Virus record (IMG/VR): IMGVR_UViG_3300023174_000178
Span: 1-60,979 of that record
Length of the DNA: 60,979 nt
Strand: one strand, 5' to 3'
From: a virus
Taxonomy: Duplodnaviria > Caudoviricetes
Shown here one piece after another: positions 29,994-37,786 of this stretch; the stretch's first letter is position 1, and the number at the start of each line of letters is the position of its first letter. The notes below the pieces were generated by a model. The model did not search any database. It was not told where the DNA came from and saw only the letters and a list, made by a program, of their open reading frames with translations. Position numbers and translations under genes: made by a program.

Positions 29994-29997
29994 TAAA

Positions 29998-30369
29998 ATG
30001 ACAATTTACTACAGCCCAACAACAAAAGGTTTTTACGATACTGATTTTGGGTATCCGTCATTGCCGCAAGATATTATTGAAATTACCAAAGAGAAACACG
30101 AGCAGTTTCTCCATGGTATGAATATGCAAAATAAAGAATTGGTTTTATCACAAGGAAAACTTGTTTTGCAAGATCGAGTCGTGGTAATTACTTGGGAACA
30201 AATTAAATCGAAAAGAAATAATCTTCTAGCTTTATCTGACTATACTCAAATGGCAGATTGGCCTGGAGATAAAACCGCTTGGGCTACGTATCGTCAAGCA
30301 CTCAGAGATCTTACTCAGACTTATACAAATGCCGCAGATGTCATTTGGCCAACTGCACCAGGAGCATAA
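29998..30369 (+). CDS. Tail fibre assembly chaperone (Tfa-like)
   Basis: YYSP...GFY N-terminus and W..I...RN.LL..SD.TQ..D.P.....W..YRQALRD.......WP..P C-terminus. Confidence 0.85.
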   Translation: MTIYYSPTTKGFYDTDFGYPSLPQDIIEITKEKHEQFLHGMNMQNKELVLSQGKLVLQDRVVVITWEQIKSKRNNLLALSDYTQMADWPGDKTAWATYRQALRDLTQTYTNAADVIWPTAPGA

Positions 30370-30372
30370 TAA

Positions 30373-30816
30373 GTGCCTCTAGCTTTTTCGACCGCCAAAG
30401 CAGTTAAATATTGGAACGGCTCATCATGGGTCGGGAGTCAAGATTTTGGCGCGGTTAAAATGTGGAATGGATCTGCGTGGCAATATGTAGGTATTCGTCC
30501 TTACGCAGATATACCATTAGTCACTTTTTCTCCTGATGGTGGAACAAGCGGATCGCCGACCTATCTTTCTGATAATCAGTATACCGCGGATGCAGTGGTT
30601 ACTATTAATGCTTCTTCGAGTGTAGTATGGACTTATACTGGAGGAGATGGATTTAATGGATATGCTAACTTCGGAAGTGGAGGTAGCGGTTCATCGATTA
30701 CATTCCGTGCAGTATATACAGGCGGTTATAATAATCAGCAATTTAATGTGTCGGCGTCTGATGGCGCAACAACTAAATATTGGTTTATAGATTTAACATC
30801 AGATAGTTTTTCATAA
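30373..30816 (+). CDS. Hypothetical virion/fibre-associated protein
   Basis: GTG start after GGAG; duplicated AVK(Y/M)WNGS.W motif; G/S/T-rich beta-type sequence. Confidence 0.65.
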   Translation: MPLAFSTAKAVKYWNGSSWVGSQDFGAVKMWNGSAWQYVGIRPYADIPLVTFSPDGGTSGSPTYLSDNQYTADAVVTINASSSVVWTYTGGDGFNGYANFGSGGSGSSITFRAVYTGGYNNQQFNVSASDGATTKYWFIDLTSDSFS

Positions 30817-30832
30817 CACGGTAGAAGAATAA

Positions 30833-31162
30833 ATGGCACTGAAAGCAAACATAGTAATAGATCAAGGCACTTCATTTGCTACGTCTATTGATGTGACTGA
30901 TGAAAATGGTAACATCGTAAATCTTACAGGATTTACAGGTGCTGCTCAGATGCGTAAGCACTATACTTCTTCTGCTCAGACTGCATTTACAGTTTCGATT
31001 ACTGCCGTGACCGGTGTAGTTTCTCTTTCGATGTCGGCAAATACCACAAATGGTCTTACAGCAGGAAGATACGTATACGACTGCGAGCTAACCGATGGCA
31101 GCGGAACAGTTTCTCGTCTTGTTGAAGGTATCGTCACAGTTACACCAGGAGTTACAAGATAA
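30833..31162 (+). CDS. Small conserved virion protein (Ig-like adaptor)
   Basis: ANIVIDQGT.F...NLTG.T..AQMRKHY...GRYVYD.E......R.VEGIVTV.PGVT, a pattern common in T4-like fibre regions. Confidence 0.75.
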   Translation: MALKANIVIDQGTSFATSIDVTDENGNIVNLTGFTGAAQMRKHYTSSAQTAFTVSITAVTGVVSLSMSANTTNGLTAGRYVYDCELTDGSGTVSRLVEGIVTVTPGVTR

Positions 31163-31407
31163 TGGCAGGTGCATCTCGTTTAGTTGCTACAATCACAAAT
31201 AACAACGGCAGATTGTCTTCTGCTGGACCTATAACTCTGAAGAATCAAATTCAGGAAATAAGAAGTATTGAAAACATTACGGACGTTAAAACTGTTGACG
31301 TCACGAATGGAGCTACATTAGTGTACAATTCTCAAAATGATAAATATGAGGTGAGACAATTACAAATCGCAGATCTCAATCTGGATCTCGATGGCGGATC
31401 ATTTTAA
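31162..31407 (+). CDS. Small fibre-associated protein
   Basis: DV......GATLVYN....KY and terminal LDGGSF; coupled to upstream gene. Confidence 0.7.
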   Translation: MAGASRLVATITNNNGRLSSAGPITLKNQIQEIRSIENITDVKTVDVTNGATLVYNSQNDKYEVRQLQIADLNLDLDGGSF

Positions 31408-31424
31408 CCTAAAGGAATAAAGCT

Positions 31425-33443
31425 ATGGCCACGGATGGCACTTTAATTCAAATTAAAAGGTCGTTAACGACAGCTGATGCGCCAACATTAGCTAACGGTG
31501 AATTAGCGTTTACAGCAAATGGCGATCACTTATTTATTGGTTCGAATGGTGCGTCAATCACCATTGCCGGTAAGTTTAATCCTGGTATACTGACCGCCAA
31601 CCAAGCACTCGTTGCTAACGGCACCGGTTATCTCGATGCTGTAAAAACTGCAAACCTTACCGTTCAGTCGATTACTGCTAACGGTACATCAACACCTGGC
31701 GCTGGCTATATGCTGGCAACCGATGCTGGCGGTAATGTTTTCTGGCAAGCGGCCGGTGCAGTATCTACCAATGCTGCTGCGACCTACGCTTGGACAAACA
31801 CACACAGCTTTGCTAACGTTGTCACATTCAATGGCGGTATTGTTGCTAACAGTGCACTGACAGCGAATGGCACGACCGGTTCTGCAGGACAAGTTCTTGC
31901 ATCGAACGGCACATCGGTATATTGGGTAACACCAACTGCCGCTGATATCACAGAAGTTACGGCTGGTGCCGGTCTAACAGGTGGTGGCACGTCAGGTGCT
32001 GTCACTCTTGATGTTGGCGCTGGTAACGGTATCAACGTTTATGCAGACAGTATCGAAGTGCTTGGCGCTAACGGTATTTCTGTTACTGCTGGTGGTGTTA
32101 ACGTTCTTGCTGGCACAAACGGCGGTCTTGTTGCAAATGCGACTGGCGTACACGTAAAAGCTGGTAGTACTCTTGTAAGTAACTCTATCGGTCTGCATGT
32201 TAATACAGCCAACCTTTCGATTGCTACATCTCAGCTAACTGGTGATGTTGCTCTTGGTTCAGGTACATCTGGCAACTACGTTGCTACTATCACATCTGGC
32301 AACGGTCTTTCTGGAAATGCTGCATCTGAAAGTAATGCGGTAACGCTTGCTGTTGTTGCTGGTAGCGGTATTGCTTCAAACTCGACAGGCGTACACGTTG
32401 TAGCTGGTAACAATACTCTTGTTTCGAATGCAACAGGTGTTTATGTTAACGCTGCTGCACTCTCAATTGCCACATCGCAACTAACAGGCGACGTTGCTCT
32501 TGGTTCGGGTACATCAGGCGACTACGTACAGAGCATCACTGCTGGTGCAGGTATTTCTGGTACAATTTCACAAGAAAGTGCCGCGGCAACCATTGCTGTC
32601 GTAGCAAATAATGGTATTACAGCTAACGCATCGGGCGTCTTTGCTGCGGCTGCGAATGGTATTTCTGTTGATGCAGCAGGTATCAACGTAGTAGGTGGTG
32701 CTGGCCTTGTAGCTAACTCGACAGGCGTTCATGTTGGTGCTGCTAACGGTATTAATGTCACTGCAGATGCAGTTGGTCTTACAACCGGTTCGACACTCAC
32801 AGTTAACTCTGCTGGTTTACATGTTAATACAACACTCAGCCTAACAAGCCTTTCAACATCCGGTAATATGGAAGTTGGCGGTAACCTTGTTGTTCTCGGA
32901 GATCTGCTTACAATCAACGTTGCTACGTTGGCTGTCGAAGACTCTCTGATCCAACTTGCTGCTAATAACACCGCATCTGATCTTCTTGACATTGGTTTCT
33001 ACGGAAACTACGAAGCTGGAGATTCTGGTGCGCATGAGCATACAGGTTTCTTCAGAGACGCTTCAGATAATGGCATCTATAAGATCTTTGTCGGTCTTGA
33101 AACTGCGCCAACAACAACTGTTGATACATCAGGCACAGGCTACGAAACAGGTACTCTCCAAGCGTATCTGAAATCAGGTGGCTTAATTTCGAATGCTACT
33201 AACGTTACTATTACTGCAAACTCTACGCTTGCGGTTGGTATCACTGCTAATACTCTTACTCTCTCGACTCCGCTTGCTGTGGGTTCAGGTGGTCTTGGTC
33301 TTAGCTCAATTACCTCTGGTGCAATTCTTGTAGGTAACGGCGCTGGAACAGCTACCGTTCTTACTGCTGGCACAAACGGTAAAATTCTACAATCAAACGG
33401 AACATCCGTAGTATACGGAAATCTTGATGGAGGCACGTTCTAA
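31425..33443 (+). CDS. Tail fibre protein with Mtd-N-like N-terminus
   Basis: IQIKRS....PTLANGELAF.....LFIG; G/A/T/V-rich shaft with duplicated LSIATSQLTGDVALGSGTSG.YV; terminal LDGGTF. Confidence 0.78.
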   Translation: MATDGTLIQIKRSLTTADAPTLANGELAFTANGDHLFIGSNGASITIAGKFNPGILTANQALVANGTGYLDAVKTANLTVQSITANGTSTPGAGYMLATDAGGNVFWQAAGAVSTNAAATYAWTNTHSFANVVTFNGGIVANSALTANGTTGSAGQVLASNGTSVYWVTPTAADITEVTAGAGLTGGGTSGAVTLDVGAGNGINVYADSIEVLGANGISVTAGGVNVLAGTNGGLVANATGVHVKAGSTLVSNSIGLHVNTANLSIATSQLTGDVALGSGTSGNYVATITSGNGLSGNAASESNAVTLAVVAGSGIASNSTGVHVVAGNNTLVSNATGVYVNAAALSIATSQLTGDVALGSGTSGDYVQSITAGAGISGTISQESAAATIAVVANNGITANASGVFAAAANGISVDAAGINVVGGAGLVANSTGVHVGAANGINVTADAVGLTTGSTLTVNSAGLHVNTTLSLTSLSTSGNMEVGGNLVVLGDLLTINVATLAVEDSLIQLAANNTASDLLDIGFYGNYEAGDSGAHEHTGFFRDASDNGIYKIFVGLETAPTTTVDTSGTGYETGTLQAYLKSGGLISNATNVTITANSTLAVGITANTLTLSTPLAVGSGGLGLSSITSGAILVGNGAGTATVLTAGTNGKILQSNGTSVVYGNLDGGTF

Positions 33444-33446
33444 TTT

Positions 33447-33638
33447 ATGGAAGCTGAATTTGTAAATGAGTATATCAATCGATTACTCGCGAGTGTACAT
33501 GATCTTACAAGTAAGAACGTAATGCTAGAAACGAAACTGGTCATGGCTGATAAAGCCATGGCCAGTCTTCAAGCAAAAATTGTTGATCTCGAGAAGCTTG
33601 GAAATAAAAACAAAAAAGCTGAAGATACTTCTGTATAA
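33447..33638 (+). CDS. Small coiled-coil protein
   Basis: 63 aa with heptad pattern, between fibre genes. Confidence 0.65.
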   Translation: MEAEFVNEYINRLLASVHDLTSKNVMLETKLVMADKAMASLQAKIVDLEKLGNKNKKAEDTSV

Positions 33639-33641
33639 ATA
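33634..33641 (+). promoter_or_regulatory. T4-type late promoter
   Basis: TATAAATA overlapping the upstream stop codon. Confidence 0.75.
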
Positions 33642-33692
33642 GAATATTAGAGGTTTACATAACCGCTTAGTTACTCTATATAGAGGTTGAGA

Positions 33693-34538
33693 ATGGCAAA
33701 TAAGTTTCAATTCAAGCGCACGACAGTCGCTGGTCGTACAGCTAATACTACTGACGTAGCAAACTCGGCCTTTATTGATAAGGGCGAATTCGCGGTCAAC
33801 TTAACTGACCGTAAAGTATTCTCTTCAGATGCAGCCAATGCCATCTTCGAAGTTGGATCAAATCTTTCTTCTCTCGCTGTCACTACAGTTGTCGCCAACG
33901 GTTCTTCAGGCACCGCGGGACAAGTTCTCACGTCAAACGGATCCGGCGTTTATTGGGGAGTAGGAGGCGGTGGAGGCAATACATATGCAAGTATTGCAAC
34001 TTACACCTACACTATCGCTTCGAATACTACCGTTATTACTGGCGCAGATGATAATACAGATGTTCTTTCGTATACCGCTGGACTCGAAAGCGTATACCTG
34101 AACGGTTCGAAACAAGTTCTTACAACAGATTACTTGACAACAAACTCTGGTGCTATTACATTTACTTCAAACGTATTTGCTGCTGACGTCGTAGAAATTG
34201 TTTCTGTAACTCCTCAGCTTTCTGTTTTAGTCGCAGATTCAAACACTCGAACAACAAACACCACATCAAATACGACAGTCGATTCTTTTAGTGCCGCTAA
34301 TTATCGATCTGCTAAATATTATGTACAAATCACTTCGGGTACTGACTATCACGTGACAGAAGTTTTGCTTATTCATGATGGTACAGAAGTTTATATTACT
34401 GAATACGGCACAGTTTATTCAAACACATCACTCGGCAACGTAAGTGCAAATATTAATACTGGTTATGTAGAGTTGCTCGTCGCTCCTTCCAATTCAGCGA
34501 GTACAGTAAAAACTCGTCGTCTTGCGATAGAAGTATAA
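33693..34538 (+). CDS. Short fibre/adaptor protein
   Basis: FQFKRT...GEFAVNLTDRKVF N-terminus; C-terminal YRSAKYYVQ...EVLLIHDG....TEYGTV domain shared with ORF 26206. Confidence 0.75.
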   Translation: MANKFQFKRTTVAGRTANTTDVANSAFIDKGEFAVNLTDRKVFSSDAANAIFEVGSNLSSLAVTTVVANGSSGTAGQVLTSNGSGVYWGVGGGGGNTYASIATYTYTIASNTTVITGADDNTDVLSYTAGLESVYLNGSKQVLTTDYLTTNSGAITFTSNVFAADVVEIVSVTPQLSVLVADSNTRTTNTTSNTTVDSFSAANYRSAKYYVQITSGTDYHVTEVLLIHDGTEVYITEYGTVYSNTSLGNVSANINTGYVELLVAPSNSASTVKTRRLAIEV

Positions 34539-34541
34539 ATA
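34534..34541 (+). promoter_or_regulatory. T4-type late promoter
   Basis: TATAAATA overlapping the upstream stop, 30 nt before ORF 34571. Confidence 0.78.
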
Positions 34542-34570
34542 AAGATAAAATCTGAGGGATAGGGAACCAG

Positions 34571-37500
34571 ATGGCAACTCCAAATAATTTTCGCGTTAAG
34601 AACGGCTTAACTGCCGCAAATGGTGTAACGGTTACTACAGGAAACGTAGTAATTTCGAACGGTCAGCTCATAATTAATGGGACTGCCATTAACTCGACCA
34701 GCATCAGTCAATCTGCAAACAATGCATACGCTAACGCAGTCAACTATGCAGACGGTAAAGCAGCAGATGCCTATGGTAATGCCGTAGCAGTCGCGACCGG
34801 TTCTTCAACCAATGCATATAATAATGCAGTTGCTTTTGCTGCGAATGCTAGCAATCTCACGACTGGAACACTTTCTCTGAATCGCCTTCCTGCGACAGTC
34901 AACGTATCTCTTGCTCTAAATGTTACAAATACTGTTAACATTTCAACGAGTAATTTAACAGTTTCTCAGGCAAATGATGTTGCCACTCTTACAGGAACTG
35001 TACTTTCATTTACAGATAGCCTGACAGAATCTACCAACACATATTACGCTGCAGTTAGTCATGATAAACTGATTACTTCAAAAAATTATGCTGTTGCTAA
35101 CGTACTCTATTCAGACTACGGTGAAATTTCTCGAACTGGAATGTTTGCGGTTGTAGGTATAGACACAACGAATAGCTCGATCTATGTTCGAGGCGTGACT
35201 GTCAATACCTCGGTGATCGCAATCGGAAATACTACAGTATCCAGCTTCATCAACTCGACTGCCTTTTCTGGTAATGGTGCATCGCTTACTTCTGTGAATG
35301 CCGCGACAGTTGGTGGAAACTCTGCTTCAGATCTTCGAACATATGCAGAAACGTATGCATCGAATGCTACCAATCTCGCATCTGGTACTGTGAATTCTGC
35401 ACGTCTTCCATCAGCGAATGATACGACAGCAGGCGCAGTCATTCTTGTTAACTCAGTAACAAACACTTCTATTACCGCAGCAGCTTCTGCCAACTCGGTA
35501 AAAACTGCTTATGATGCTGCGATCGCAGCGAATACGGCTGGAGGAACTGCAGCAGCAACTGCTTATAGTAACGGTGTAACGTATACTGATAATAAGGCAG
35601 CAAACGCATACTCGAACGCTATTGCAATTGCAGCGAATGCCACGAATCTGACTTCTGGTACAGTAAACATTTCTCGTATTCCAACAGTCGACGCAGTCAA
35701 TAACACTTCGATTACACTGATTCCAGTGGCTAATAATGTGAAGACTGCTTATGACGCTGCTATTACTGCAAATACAAATGCCGCTTCTGCTCTTGCAAAT
35801 GCTGCCACAGCATATACGAATGCTATCGCAATTGCTGCGAATGCAACCAATCTGACTTCTGGTACAGTTAACGCCGCTCGTCTTCCATCAGCAAATGCTA
35901 CTGTAGCAGGCGCAACACTTCTTGTCGATTCAGTATCGAATACTTCGCCGACTGCAGCAGCTTCTGCCAACTCTGTAAAGACTGCTTATGATGCGGCCAT
36001 AGCTGCTAATACGCTTGCCAATACTGCAGCAACTTCAGCAACTTCAGCATATTCAAACGCGGTGACTTACACAGATACGAAGATCGGAACAGCAAATACG
36101 GCAATGGTCGCGAATGCTGGAGCTGCATATACCAATGCAATTACGATCGCAGCAAATGCAACGAATCTGGCTTCTGGTACAGTAGCATTCGCTCGTCTTC
36201 CTTCTGTCGACTCGATTAGCAATACTTCGGTCGCGTTAGTGCCAGTTGCTAACAATGTGAAGACTGCATATGATGCGGCTATCACTGCCAATACAAACGC
36301 TCAAACAGCACTCACTGCCGCAGGAGCTGCTTATACCAATGCTGTATCTTATACAGACACAAAAATAGGTACAGCTAACACCGCCATGGCAGCGAATGCC
36401 GCGGCTGCTTACACGAATGCTATCGCATTTGCAGCGAATGCTTCGAATGCAAACAACGGTACTCTTGCTGAAGCTCGTCTTCCATACCGTATGAATCAAG
36501 ATCTGAGAACAACAGATTCTCCAACTTTTGCAAACGGCACATTTAATGGTTCTGTTTCAGTCGGTGGAAGCCTTACAATTACTGGTAACTTGATTTCAAC
36601 TAACGTACAAACTCTTTCTGTTGCCGATCCTCTGATTAAATTAGCTGTGAATAACCCGAGCGACTTGCTTTGGATTGGATTCACTGGTCACTATAGTGGA
36701 TCAGGTAATACAACAAACCATGCTGGTCTTGTTCGTAGTCCAGATACAAAAGAATTCATCCTCATGTCGACATATGGAGATGAAACGGCTGTTGCAAATA
36801 ATAATACGATCAACGTCGCCGACGCATCGTTTTCGTATGCAAACTTGCAAGTCAGCTTATTAAAGGCAGGAAACTCTACGGTATTCTCTACGATCAATTC
36901 TACGGCATTCAGTCAAACTGCTAACAATGCGACGAATCTTGGTGGACAAGCTGCAGCTTATTATACCAATGCGACAAATATCAGTACAGGCACACTTCCT
37001 TTTGCAAGATTGCCTTCGTTGTTTATTGGAACAACTACAATTCAGTCTACGAGTGCCGCCCAAGCAGTAAGCGGTATCACTACACTTGCCGCAGGTAACA
37101 CTACGATTACTGGATTTGTCAATGCTACTTCTTCGGTTAACTCGGCTATCTTAGCAGTCGGAACAAACTTTGTTGCAAATACTACACAAACAACACTAGC
37201 AACAAATATGCTTTTGAATAATGATAAACAATTAAGATTCCAAACAGCTAATACATCATCATATGCTTACTTTGTACAGCAAAGCGATGATAATTTTGTA
37301 TTGTATAGTTCAAATACCGCTGGCGGTGCAAGACCTATTTGGAGTGTTTTTGCTAATAGTATAACATCAAGTTTTAGCTTATCGGTTCCGACATCTATGA
37401 GTGCAAACCTTGTGATGGCCAACAACAACATCACTCGACCAATTCTGACAGGTTACACTGAGCACGAAGTTGCTAATACGGCAGCGACTGGATCATATAG

Positions 37501-37786
37501 CCTCGATTGCGGCGCAGCCAACTTCTGGGATCTTACACTCACTGGTAATATTACAATTGCTCCGACTAACGTCCCACCAGCCACGAGAATGTGGGCAGGA
37601 ACGATCGCCGCGAAGCAAGATGCAACAGGAGGTCGTACGATCACGTGGCCTACTGGCAGTAAATATCCAGGCGGAGTCGCTCCTCCTGCAACAACAACCG
37701 CGAATGCTCTCGATATCTGGTCGCTGATGACTTATGATGCTGGTACTTCTTGGATTGTTTCTCTGACGGTGAAGGGCGCCGCATAA
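34571..37786 (+). CDS. Long tail fibre protein with alternating repeats
   Basis: AY.NA...AANATNL.SGTV...RLP units and tail-fibre-repeat-like G...L..S....S...AA.ANSVK.AYD; C-terminal LTLTGNIT...QDATGGRTITWP...YPGG..P domain. Confidence 0.8.
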   Translation: MATPNNFRVKNGLTAANGVTVTTGNVVISNGQLIINGTAINSTSISQSANNAYANAVNYADGKAADAYGNAVAVATGSSTNAYNNAVAFAANASNLTTGTLSLNRLPATVNVSLALNVTNTVNISTSNLTVSQANDVATLTGTVLSFTDSLTESTNTYYAAVSHDKLITSKNYAVANVLYSDYGEISRTGMFAVVGIDTTNSSIYVRGVTVNTSVIAIGNTTVSSFINSTAFSGNGASLTSVNAATVGGNSASDLRTYAETYASNATNLASGTVNSARLPSANDTTAGAVILVNSVTNTSITAAASANSVKTAYDAAIAANTAGGTAAATAYSNGVTYTDNKAANAYSNAIAIAANATNLTSGTVNISRIPTVDAVNNTSITLIPVANNVKTAYDAAITANTNAASALANAATAYTNAIAIAANATNLTSGTVNAARLPSANATVAGATLLVDSVSNTSPTAAASANSVKTAYDAAIAANTLANTAATSATSAYSNAVTYTDTKIGTANTAMVANAGAAYTNAITIAANATNLASGTVAFARLPSVDSISNTSVALVPVANNVKTAYDAAITANTNAQTALTAAGAAYTNAVSYTDTKIGTANTAMAANAAAAYTNAIAFAANASNANNGTLAEARLPYRMNQDLRTTDSPTFANGTFNGSVSVGGSLTITGNLISTNVQTLSVADPLIKLAVNNPSDLLWIGFTGHYSGSGNTTNHAGLVRSPDTKEFILMSTYGDETAVANNNTINVADASFSYANLQVSLLKAGNSTVFSTINSTAFSQTANNATNLGGQAAAYYTNATNISTGTLPFARLPSLFIGTTTIQSTSAAQAVSGITTLAAGNTTITGFVNATSSVNSAILAVGTNFVANTTQTTLATNMLLNNDKQLRFQTANTSSYAYFVQQSDDNFVLYSSNTAGGARPIWSVFANSITSSFSLSVPTSMSANLVMANNNITRPILTGYTEHEVANTAATGSYSLDCGAANFWDLTLTGNITIAPTNVPPATRMWAGTIAAKQDATGGRTITWPTGSKYPGGVAPPATTTANALDIWSLMTYDAGTSWIVSLTVKGAA
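35350..36490 (+). repeat. ABAB repeat array in the fibre shaft
   Basis: A = SAN.T.AGA..LV.SV.NTS.TAAASANSVKTAYDAA (near 35410, 35890); B = VD...NTS..L.PVANNVKTAYDAAITANTNA (near 35680, 36200). Confidence 0.85.

Noticed and set aside
31425-34538. Diversity-generating retroelement suggested by Mtd-N-like domains
   Set aside because: No reverse transcriptase and no template/variable repeat pair seen in the window; this N-terminal domain is only a fibre anchor
37750-37785. Longer upstream starts in the ORF track (also 1986, 33687, 45186, 51517)
   Set aside because: Downstream ATGs fit stop-start coupling or RBS positions better and reduce or avoid overlaps
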